A stretch of 64,000 nucleotides of DNA from a virus, in IMG/VR virus record IMGVR_UViG_3300034418_006779, positions 32,001 through 96,000 of that record; one strand, written 5' to 3'. Both the position numbers and the translations under genes were made by a program. The notes beneath the pieces were generated by a model. The model was not told the DNA's origin. It did no database searches and worked only from the letters and a program-made list of their open reading frames with translations. How positions within the stretch are numbered: the first letter of the stretch is position 1; every line of letters begins with the position of its first letter. Positions 9,585 through 20,300 of this stretch are shown in pieces.

Positions 9585-10345
9585 GCAGTGAAATAATGTC
9601 AAAAATACTTCCATTTGCTAGCACTGCTGCAGGATTTATACCCGGTGTAGGACCTCTAATGTCCGCCGGGCTTTCTGTCTTTGGCAACATGGCAATGGAA
9701 GAGAATCAAAGAAAACAAGAATGGCAGGCCAATCAGATTATGAACAGGCAACAACGTAAGGTTAATTACACCGAACAGCTAGATAATGTGTTCAGATCTG
9801 GAGGGCAGATGAAAGGATTTCAGAATCCTCCTAAATATAGAACAGCAGATGTTCTTCGTATAGCACCAAGAACTGGAAATAGACCAAACAAAGATGGCTC
9901 TAATTCTACACATCTCATGTCATACGCAGAGATGAATGGAAAATTTGTAGCATACCCAACACTGTTTCAAAACAAGAAAGGCGAATGGTATGAATTAAGT
10001 GATGATAATGACTGGGCTGCAATGAAAGAAGCAGAGAAAAGAGGAGAACTGTTTGAGTTTAATGATGAACGCTCCGCTGAGAGTTTTGCAGGAGGCAGTT
10101 GGAAAGCAGATTCTCTAAAAAAGAAAGAATACCAGAGCGGTGGTAAAATGACCTCTACTTATAATCAAGGAGGAATGCTATTTAAACAATACGATTTTAA
10201 ATCTCATGCAAAAGGAGGTGGTAAAATTGATATGAATGGTAATCCCAACCCATGGGGTAGAGCTGAACTAGAGAAACAAGAAAATGCTTTTAAGTTACCA
10301 GACGGTAATTGGTATATATTTAGCGACCACTTAAAATTTAAATAA
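9581..10345 (+). CDS. internal virion/ejected cargo protein
   Basis: N-terminal AGFIPGVG hydrophobic helix, repeated [YF]xxGG motifs, and a SHAKGG...ELEKQE...IFSDHL domain; directly after the muzzle. Confidence 0.65.
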   Translation: MSSEIMSKILPFASTAAGFIPGVGPLMSAGLSVFGNMAMEENQRKQEWQANQIMNRQQRKVNYTEQLDNVFRSGGQMKGFQNPPKYRTADVLRIAPRTGNRPNKDGSNSTHLMSYAEMNGKFVAYPTLFQNKKGEWYELSDDNDWAAMKEAEKRGELFEFNDERSAESFAGGSWKADSLKKKEYQSGGKMTSTYNQGGMLFKQYDFKSHAKGGGKIDMNGNPNPWGRAELEKQENAFKLPDGNWYIFSDHLKFK

Positions 10346-11325
10346 TGTATAAACAATCAAACTATAAAGGTTTAACGTTCGCTGAAGTTGCCTCAAAGAT
10401 TAATAACAAGTATCGTAATAGAGCAGATTCTATTACTCAAGATACAATGAAAATTGAGTTTAGTAACTTAGCAAACAAAAACGACGTGACTCGTCAAGCC
10501 TCTCCTGAATTTAAGCAGGGAGGTGAGATGTACCGTAACGGAGGAGAGAAAGGGCTTCCTCCTGGTTGGGCAAAGACTGTTCAGCCTGGATTTATCAGCG
10601 AAGACACATGGAATAGTTATGAGCAAGCAGGACTTGACGCTATGAGTAATATAACTCCTCAGACAATCTCTACTGGAGGTGCCGCAGATAAAAAAAGATT
10701 TAGTCTACCTAAATTTGACTTTAATCTTAAAAGCAATTTTAGTCAAGGAGATCAAATGAATCTCTTAGCAGGAGCACTCAAGTCTGCATACTATACAAGT
10801 CAAGCTAACAGACCTGTAGCAGCTCCTAGATTTAACACAGGCTTTGACGAAGCTAAGAGTCAGATCAATCAGATGAGACTATCTACTCAAGCAGAACAAA
10901 ACCAAAGGGTTAGAAATAGGAATGCTTACATAAGAGGTGTTGAGCAGAACGCTCCTAACGCTGCTACTAGGCTTTCTAATCTTCAGGGTATTTACGCTCA
11001 AGATGACATGAATACTTCGATGATTAGTCAAAAGCAGCAACAGCTTCAGAATCAAGTTAGAGAGCGACTTGGTCAATTGGCAATTAGTCAAGGACAAGAT
11101 CGTCAGCAACAACTTGCTTATAGAGATGCTGCCATAGCCGAGAGAGACAAGTTCAAACATACAGGAGCTAACCTGGGAATTGACCAGCTAGCCAAAACAG
11201 GGAACACAATGAACCATTACCGAAACTTACAAGAGACCCTTCAAATGATAAAGGACCTACCCTCTGATTTTGATTATGGCACGTTGTTTAACCTAGGAAT
11301 TAGATTTGCAAATCCAAATGGCTAA
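10345..11325 (+). CDS. internal virion/ejected cargo protein
   Basis: Q/N/A-rich helical protein with TFAEVASKINNKY and [YF]xxGG motifs; TAATG-coupled to the previous gene. Confidence 0.6.
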   Translation: MYKQSNYKGLTFAEVASKINNKYRNRADSITQDTMKIEFSNLANKNDVTRQASPEFKQGGEMYRNGGEKGLPPGWAKTVQPGFISEDTWNSYEQAGLDAMSNITPQTISTGGAADKKRFSLPKFDFNLKSNFSQGDQMNLLAGALKSAYYTSQANRPVAAPRFNTGFDEAKSQINQMRLSTQAEQNQRVRNRNAYIRGVEQNAPNAATRLSNLQGIYAQDDMNTSMISQKQQQLQNQVRERLGQLAISQGQDRQQQLAYRDAAIAERDKFKHTGANLGIDQLAKTGNTMNHYRNLQETLQMIKDLPSDFDYGTLFNLGIRFANPNG

Positions 11326-14300
11326 TATTACACCGGGGTCCTTTGTGGCCCCTACTCAAGTAGAACATAGACTGTATCAGCCTAATTTTGAAATGATGCT
11401 GAAGTCTATCCAAGCTAACCAGAAGTTCTATGATGCTAGTATGGCAAAGGTGAACGAGGTAGTAGATGTATTACCTGGGGATGTTACTGAACGAGATGTG
11501 ATAGCTAAAGGATTTAGTGATAGAAGCGAACAAGTAACCGATGCTTATATGCAAGATGTAGGTAGAGGATCTACTAACATGAGACAACTCATTAGAGACA
11601 TTGAGAAGCAAAATAGACCTGGTGGAAAATATTTTGAATGGAAGAAGAAATATCAAATGTGGTCTGAGCACCAAAAGACTCAGAAAAAGAGATTAGACGA
11701 AGGAAAGATTAGACAATCTCAGTATTGGGATAGTGTAATGAAGCCTATTCAAGGGTACAAGACCTTTGGTGAAGATGGATCTATTAATCCATTGAACCTA
11801 ATGGGAAGCGCTGACGCTACTGACTTTCATAAAATGGCTATGGATTTAGTCAAGGAAAAGGAAGCTCAGCTTACAGAGACTTGGGGGAAACCTCAACGTA
11901 TTGGGGGCAATATTGTATGGGCACATGATACTGTTAATGAAATTAGATATGATGATCTCATGCAAGAGGTTAGTGCTGCGTTAATGGCTAAGGGAGTAGA
12001 AACAGGAGAGTTAGGGAGCGAGTTTGATTTTCAGTTCCGAAATGATGCAATGAAACAAGGCTTGGCTGCTACATATAGAAATCGTTATAATAGTCGTAGT
12101 GCAGAATTGCTCGAGCAACTTGCTCAAATAGATGCAGGACAAATACCTGACAGGTACGCTCAACAATTAGCAGGATTAACTCCAGGAAGCAAGGCTTACA
12201 CAAAAGCTCTCACAGACTTAAGAACCAGTATAAGCAGGCAGCAGCAGCAGGCACAGGCCATCGTCACCGATTTCGATACCAAAGACCCAGACGATAAAGC
12301 TGGGCTAGCGCAGTCAATGTGGACTTCCGATTACATTAGAAACATTGCTGATCCTTATGTAGGAATTAAAGTTAAGCGTGATGTTACTAGAGATTACAAG
12401 ATCTTTAAGGACCATGAATATAGCTGGCAACAAAAAAGAGCTTACTACAAGTGGCAAAAAGAGCAAGATATTCAATCTGCTATTGAAGCAACTCGCGAGA
12501 TGGGTAGAACAGTTAGAAATACTATGATTGATACCACAGCTGCTATGTATGGATTCAGCGGTAAGAATGCTAGAACAGATGTTGATCCTTATCATTCTGT
12601 ATTAGTAAGAGACAAGACTATTCTTGGCGCGTGGCAAAAACATAGAGCAAAATTTGCGGCTGATACTCAAAGTAGAGATGCTGCAGAAAAAGCAGTTATG
12701 GCATTCTTGAAAGATAATCCTAACTTGATTATTAATGGAATGACTGGAGAGAACTATAGAAAGCTCATACAAAGTGAAGCCGGTTACCAACAGATGGGCG
12801 ATCGCAAGAAATTATTCATGCAGAGAGTCGCTCCTGTTTTGGACTTATTTGTAAACAAACAACAAGAGAATTTTATATACAGAGAGTACCAAAACCCGGA
12901 CACTCAGAGAAGCGAAACTCAACTAGTTGTTGGAAAATTTGATGGTACTGGAGGCTGGGAAAGAGGTAACATGTCACAGAGACCTCTCAAAGTACATGAT
13001 CCTGAAACAGGAAAATGGGTTGATATACCTACAACGGATGCACTGGTAGAAAACTACACTCAAACTATTAAAACTGCTTCAGGTAAGAAGAAAAGTGGAT
13101 TTATAAGTGGGAGAGTATTAGGAACAGTTGGTCCTATTAACGCAGCTGGATTACCCACAGGAGATTTTATTAGTTTAACTAGGTCTGACGGAACTGAGAT
13201 CATCGTACTTGCTCAAGATAAAACAAGAGAGCAGAGCCGAGAACTTCAAATTATTAGTGACTTAGCAGAAGCTCAATATAGTCTACGTGCCGTAGAGAAG
13301 GATTGGACGATTATTGAAAAAGATAAGAACGGAGATCCGGTGGAAAGAAGATACACAATGCTCGCAAGACCCATTGTTTCTGTAGACGATAGCGGTTTAA
13401 GTACTGAGACAACTCAAAGTATGACATATGTCAATGTAGAGATTTATGATGAAGACGGAAATTTTGTATCATCTAGATCATTAGATGATATGGCTAGAGA
13501 GATTGAAAACACATCTCCTTATGCTAGAACTGAGAAATTGAACGAAGCATTTACATATCAACGTCAAGGTGATGGTAGAATGGGAGAGCAAAAATATGGA
13601 ATAAACACTACTCCTCAGTATGAATATTATGATCGAGCATTCATAGAAAGTAGAAGGAGGGCTAATCCAAGATTATTTAAGCCAGAAGAAAGACCTAAAG
13701 ATAATTTAGGCGATATCTGGATGACTCCTGATCAGAGATATATGGCTAATCGGATGAACCAATCAAGACCCTCATCGACTCCTAGACCTATTAAACCTAT
13801 CAAGCACGTTGATGCAGGTAAAGACATGACTATAATGCCTATATCCAGTTTAGATGGAGATAGTTTCACAGGAAAAGATATTTTAGATGTAAGTTCTGGT
13901 GATATAGTGTTTACAATTATTAAACCAGATCAATTTGATAATAAATGGACTGCACTATATAATGACTCTGCAGGTAGGTTACAAAGGATAGAAGCGAACG
14001 AGCTCTCAGATATACAAATAAAAATAAGAGGTTTATCGAATAATAAATCTAATAGTATTCCAAGAACTTCCAATGCTCTCGATACATTAGGTACTTCTAG
14101 TACTAGTAATACTTCTAGTTCTAGCAGCAGTTCTGGTAGAACTAAAGGCAAAAACGATTATAAAACAATATCTAAAGATGATATTGTTGATAATAAAATT
14201 AAGACGACAATTAACGGTGACGATTTAATAATTCATGCACCAGTTGGTGGCGCTTCCAGTGAGCATCCTTATTGGACATATGTATGGATTAATGATACTC

Positions 14301-14362
14301 CTCATTATGTACAAGGTGTTACTCTTGCTGAATTAAAACTACAAATAGAAAAAATAAAATAA
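11318..14362 (+). CDS. large ejected cargo protein
   Basis: ~1014 aa helical protein immediately upstream of the virion RNAP; likely start ATG 11318. Confidence 0.6.
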   Translation: MANITPGSFVAPTQVEHRLYQPNFEMMLKSIQANQKFYDASMAKVNEVVDVLPGDVTERDVIAKGFSDRSEQVTDAYMQDVGRGSTNMRQLIRDIEKQNRPGGKYFEWKKKYQMWSEHQKTQKKRLDEGKIRQSQYWDSVMKPIQGYKTFGEDGSINPLNLMGSADATDFHKMAMDLVKEKEAQLTETWGKPQRIGGNIVWAHDTVNEIRYDDLMQEVSAALMAKGVETGELGSEFDFQFRNDAMKQGLAATYRNRYNSRSAELLEQLAQIDAGQIPDRYAQQLAGLTPGSKAYTKALTDLRTSISRQQQQAQAIVTDFDTKDPDDKAGLAQSMWTSDYIRNIADPYVGIKVKRDVTRDYKIFKDHEYSWQQKRAYYKWQKEQDIQSAIEATREMGRTVRNTMIDTTAAMYGFSGKNARTDVDPYHSVLVRDKTILGAWQKHRAKFAADTQSRDAAEKAVMAFLKDNPNLIINGMTGENYRKLIQSEAGYQQMGDRKKLFMQRVAPVLDLFVNKQQENFIYREYQNPDTQRSETQLVVGKFDGTGGWERGNMSQRPLKVHDPETGKWVDIPTTDALVENYTQTIKTASGKKKSGFISGRVLGTVGPINAAGLPTGDFISLTRSDGTEIIVLAQDKTREQSRELQIISDLAEAQYSLRAVEKDWTIIEKDKNGDPVERRYTMLARPIVSVDDSGLSTETTQSMTYVNVEIYDEDGNFVSSRSLDDMAREIENTSPYARTEKLNEAFTYQRQGDGRMGEQKYGINTTPQYEYYDRAFIESRRRANPRLFKPEERPKDNLGDIWMTPDQRYMANRMNQSRPSSTPRPIKPIKHVDAGKDMTIMPISSLDGDSFTGKDILDVSSGDIVFTIIKPDQFDNKWTALYNDSAGRLQRIEANELSDIQIKIRGLSNNKSNSIPRTSNALDTLGTSSTSNTSSSSSSSGRTKGKNDYKTISKDDIVDNKIKTTINGDDLIIHAPVGGASSEHPYWTYVWINDTPHYVQGVTLAELKLQIEKIK

Positions 14363-14369
14363 AATTATA

Positions 14370-17300
14370 ATGGCTGAAACAACTCAAAATACAAACCCAG
14401 TATTTGATAAAATATTACAGCAAAATAGAGCGCAGGCACTCCACGGAGCGTCTGCGTCTAAAGGTTTAGGAACAACTCTAGTAGACGGTCCAATCTACAC
14501 AGGATACGACGATCCTAGAATGAGCCTACTCACCCAATCGGGGTGGGAACAAGCACGGAGAGCAATCGGAGGTGGACTAACCTTGGGTGCTTTAGGTGCT
14601 ATGAAGAACACATATCAATTCGCACATGATATTGGTAACTTCTTCGAAACAATGTTTAGTTCTGATAAATCTATGTCAGATTTATTGGATATGGAACAAT
14701 ACTCTCAATCAACGATCGCAAAGAACTTAGGAGAGATCATTGATGAGAAGAGAGAAGCATTTGCAATCCATAAAGCAGATCCCAATGATGTGTTTGATTG
14801 GGATGATTCAGGATTTTATTGGCAGTCAGTTCAAGGAATCCTAGACTCAGCGGTACAGTTTGCTCTTCCTGGTGCAGGGGCAGTAAAGGCTGTAGGGGCT
14901 ATTCAAAAAATACCTAGACTATTTAGCTACTTCAAGAAAACAGAGAAGTTAGGACAAATGCTTACAGCAAGTAAGAGTGGACAACAGATCGCCAACTCTG
15001 TTGGTTCAGGTCTTTTAAGTAACCATATAGAAGGTACTTCTATGGCTTCAGAGATCTACAACAATACCATGAAGAACTTTGAGAAAGATATTCAGAAGTA
15101 TAGAGATAGTGAGGGTAGAGAAGGAATTTCTTTAGAAGAAGCTAAAAGGAGATCAGCATTCTCTGCTAACTCATTTAGAGAATGGAATAGACTCATGTTC
15201 TTTACTGACGCAGTTCAGTTACATGGTCTATTTAAAGGAAAAGGTTTCACACGAAATTTATTAGATGCCAAAGGATTTAAAGAAAGTGTAGGTAACTTAA
15301 CTAAGTTCAATACTAAAAACCCAATTTATGGTTTCCTTAAGCAAGGAGTAACAGAGGCCGGGGAAGAGATTGTACAAGGAATTAGTCAGCGTCTTCATGA
15401 AGATATGGCTAAAGGAGTAGACACCCCTATTGGGGAAAGACTCCTAGATTATGTCACTGATTCAGAGTTACTATATGAAGGATTCTTAGGATTTTTTGGC
15501 GGCGGCCCTCAAAAAATAGCCACCCAGTTTGCACAAGAAGGAGATGCAGTTCTTACTGGTAAGTTTTTCACTAAAAAGTACTGGAATGATAAGAATGCCA
15601 TGTACAACCAACAGCAGGAAATAATCAAGGAAACTAATGATTATTTTAAAAGCGAGTTAGGAAGACAAATGGTAGGACATAATATTGCTGCCGATGCTGT
15701 TATTGCGGGCCGTCCTGAGTTAGGGGAGATTGCCACTAATCGTGAGTTCTCTCGACTAGCTACAATGCATTTTGAAGCTGGTACAACCGAGGTGTTCGAA
15801 CAACACCTAGATGACATTGCTAACAACGCAGAGTACCGAAAGGAGAATAAATATAGTGACGATGATGCGGCTAATGCCAAAGAGTTACTGAAAGAGTTAG
15901 ATCGTTTAGAGCAGCAATGGATGAAGACATCCCGATATGCTGTTGACGACAAACATCAAGTAAGACTCTTCGAGACAAACAATATCATCAATAGCCTAGA
16001 GAAGCTGGTTGGATCCCAGCAAGAACATATAGATAAGCTAACGCAGAATCTTAATGAAACTATTATAGACGATGCTGTTGAAGCAGCCAATCTAAAAATT
16101 AGTAATGAGAAGAAGGACGCACTTCGTAAAATCTTATCTATAGATGAGCAAGGCAAGCTTAGAGCTCCAGTAGATGAGCTGGCTGAAGCTGATTTACATC
16201 CTGCTCATGCTAAAGCTGTAGCTGAGGTATTCGATACTCAATCTCAAGTAACAGATTTAAAAGACCAGCAAGCTATTCTTGATGAAATGAATAGTAAGTT
16301 GAGAGACGCCAAAAAAGATAGGGCTAACTATAACTCTTTTGGATATCGTAAATCTTATATTGAACATAAGAAGAGGCAGGAAAAAAGGCTGAAGGATAAG
16401 ATTAAAAGAGAGGAAGCTGCTGAAAGAAAACAACGACGTGCAGATAAAAAACTAAAGAGAGCTGAGACAAGTAAAAAGCTTAAAGGAAAAGCTAAGCAGC
16501 TTGCTAAGAAAGGAGAACTTAAGAAAGAAGCTAAGAAGATAATGGATAAGGCTGCTACTAAAGCTAAGCTAGCTCCTGAAAATAAAAAGTCAGAACCGTT
16601 ACAGACTGTTGATCCTGCAACTAAACAACCAGTCACACCAACTCAACCTACTCCTAATGAATATATAGGAAAAGAGAGAGGAACGCTGCTGGCAGAGAGA
16701 AGTAAGAAAGAAGCTGTACTGAGTAGTAGCAAACCTGAAGAAATAATGCCTGTACTAGACGTACTAGCAGAGATAGGAGATGCGCTTGAGGAGCTCAGAG
16801 CTCAGCCATTTCAGCATAGTGGTAAATATGAATTTGCCCCACCAGCACATATCAAAGATGCTCTGGATGAGATGATCAATAGATCTAAGAGAATTATTCT
16901 CAATGAAGATACTAATGAGTATGAGCTGAAAGATGAGAACGGGAAGGTTGTCAGAACTTACAAAAGAGTAAGTAATGTTAGCAATCCTGACTATGATGAT
17001 TCTAATAAGTATGCTCATCATGCTACTCAGATTGGTTCAGCACTAGACTTGATTGCTAGAGATTTCTTTTCAGGCAATCTCAAGGCTTGGGACACATACT
17101 TAGTTGCAGACAAATTCGATAAGACTAAGAGTTATCCAGTGTTTAAAGGCAAGAAAGAGTTTGAACACTATCTTCATCAACTGGAAGATCTGAAGCTTGT
17201 TCTTAAAAGTAAAGGGCAAGTCATTATTGATCCAGGAATTGTAGATGGGAAAACATCTGAGTTTAAATTAGCTGATGATGAGAATGGAGTAGCTGGAACT

Positions 17301-20300
17301 GTTGACTTAATGACTTATGACAAAGAGGGTAATGTTTATATTTATGACCTCAAGTCGATGAGAAGCAACAAACTAGAAGGGAATGACTATTACTCCAGAA
17401 CACACGGGAGAAAGAAATCGGATGCAGAAACTCACCAAGACCAGTTATCACTTTACCGCATTCTGTTAGCAAACAGCACTGGACTTTTGGCTGCTGAATT
17501 AGCAGTAATTCCAACAGTAGTTGGGGGGTACAATCCTGACGGAGAAGTAAAAGTTCCAAGCACTGTTAACATTCTAACCAAAAGATTTGGTCCTGATGTT
17601 ACTAGTATGGTAGACTTCTTTGTCTTCATGGATCCAAAAGATTCAGTGAGTGGTATTGAACTTAGTCCTTTGAGGACATTCATTACAACTCCACCGTCAA
17701 CTCCTATCCAAGTTCCACCATCTACTCCACAAGCATCTGAAGAGGAAGCAGAGGCAAGAGCTGACTTAGCAGCTGTTGTAGGTCTTACTAATAAGATTGA
17801 CGCAGAGCTAAGAAAGATTGATCAAGACCAAGAATTTCATGCGGATGCCGAGGAAGATCTACTTGAAGGGTTGACTAAGAAAGAGAAGGAGATGCTATCT
17901 AAAATTCGTAAGAAGCATTCTTCTTTTTGGGTGGGGTCTAGAGAAGAATTAGCTAAGCTAGTTGGGACTAAACAGAAGAAGGTTGATGAGTTCATTGAAA
18001 AACTCGAACAGAAAGGATTTCTAGAGTTCAACGATGAGACTGTTGTACTAACGCTTTCTGATCTACCGGCACGCTTTGCTGCTAGGAATGGATTCTCCGC
18101 AATCATTGAAGCTGCTGAAGATAACTTCAACGGAGTTATTGCACGAATTAGAAAGAGACTAGAGAAAGGAGAGGATTACCAAGTTGAGTTTGCTGATCTT
18201 ATTAACTTCATTCAGCATCAGTTGGAAGCAGTTAATAGCGCTATCTCCGAAAGACAATATGACATGTATGAGATGCTTTACTTGCATTATGTATTTGTCA
18301 ATAAGTCAAGAGACTTCCAGAAACCCCAAATTCCCAGCTACGAAGAGTGGTTAAAGCAATCCATTGTTCCTGGAGCAGATGTTAAGATTGATGACCAGTA
18401 TGATGAAAATACAATAGATGAAGTTAAGAACATGTCTGACTTCATCAAGCGATTCTTTGAACTTCCTGATAAGAAATTAGGAGAGCAGGGAACGAAGGCT
18501 GCTGTAGATAAGGTTGCTTACTTAGCTCGTGAATATTTTAACGAGGCTTTAACGTCAGAGGGATTCAGTGCTCAAGAGATTAGTGATAGTCTAAATGAAG
18601 GAAAAGTTCACCCGGATGTTTTCAATAGAAAGAAGCTTCTCCCCGGCACAAAGCTCAAGATTAAAGTTAACCATAATTATACTGGAGTAACTAAGTATCA
18701 TCCTGAGCTGATGGGAGACCTCCCTACACAAGAGACGCCTCAAGGAAGAGTAGTGCAGTGGAGCGATTTTATCGCTAAGTATCCACAAGGTACTTTAGAG
18801 TATAACATGTTTGTCCCTCTTGAGATCAGAACTGAAGATGATAGACTGATCGGATGGTACCACACCGTAGGATTTGCTACTAAGCATACTATCAAAATCA
18901 AAGATGGCCAGACTTCTGATGAAGCGGTCGAGGAAGCAAGAGAAGCAGTGATAGACGCTCGTGACATTATTCTGAACAACTTAAACTCTCAAGGAGAATT
19001 TGATGCAGGAGGACAATTACAAATTGAAGAGACTAGCATAGGTCAGTTACTTCGACCAGAGAATAAGAATAGAGTACGTGCTTCAGAAGGAATAGAAGAA
19101 GATCTAGACATTGTGGTTGGTCGTATGACTGGTCAAAAAGCTAGTTTGCGTACAGGACCTAGTGATAAGGAAAGGGTTCAGCAGAACCGTGTCCATAGAA
19201 TGAAAGGGTTTAAAGTCATTCGCGGCCTAACGTACCTGATGTTCCCAGTAGGAACTAAGGAAATTAAAGTAGGTAAGAAGAAAACAAAACGAACTGTGAC
19301 TACATTCGCTCCTGTTCCTTTGTACAAACACAAGATGGGAACAACCAAAGCTAATGAGGAAGATCAATACAGTGATATCAGATCGTCCATTGCTAAGGTA
19401 ATTGAGCTATTCATCGACACTAGTAATGAAAACAACATGCCTCTGATCAGAGAGTTTGAAAAACAAACCGGATATAATCTGAGAAAATGGGAGCATGTTA
19501 AAAAGTACTTGGAGCAGTTTCTCTATGACAGAACTATTCCAGCTGAGTACACTGAGATTATTGACTTCATCAAAGACTCTAATCTAGACGATAGTAAAAT
19601 GGTATTTGCTCTAAAGTTTAGAGAAGACAGTAATGACAAGAGAGCACAGTTAGTTCTTGGAAGTAAATTATCTGCAGACGGAAGCCAGTTCATTAATCTT
19701 AGAAGAGGAGATCAATTCACAGAGCAGCACAGGGCGCTCATTGAGAAGCACCTTAAAGCTATGTTCTTTAACACATCTCTTGCAGCAGTTAAAAACAATA
19801 AACCAGTCTTTATAATTAAGAAAGGCAAGGTTGAGCAGATCGCCAAAACGTACAAAGAGTTTGTAAAAAGCACATCAGATGTTCCTTTTATTGGGATGAA
19901 GTATACTGATGAGAATGGTGAAACTCAGCATACATACACAGCACAGAGATTGTTGTTAATGAACTCAGATTCTATCATGGACTACACTGCTCCTGAAACA
20001 TCTGCTACTGAGGCAAAACAGGAGACGGTGGAACAGCAACGTGCTAAGCATGAGCTTACGTATAAGCCTAATCGATTGAAGCAAAAGATTGATAAGTATC
20101 AGTTTGAAAGGATTGCTAAGAGACTTAAAGAACTGCGCTCTAGTGATGCTACGCTTGCTTTATACAATCAGTTAGTAGATGTATACAGAGGTATTCATGA
20201 TCAGATAATCATTGCCAAGAGTCATAATGTTGATGTTGGTAACTTTATCTCAGGAGACTTAGAGACAATGGTTGATCCTTACATGGAAGAAGGACTAGAT

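Noticed and set aside
13850-14362. Possible tandem duplicated small domain at the C-terminus of the 1014-aa cargo protein
   Set aside because: Similarity (DI.D...GD...I..P...WT...L..I) is too weak to assert by eye.
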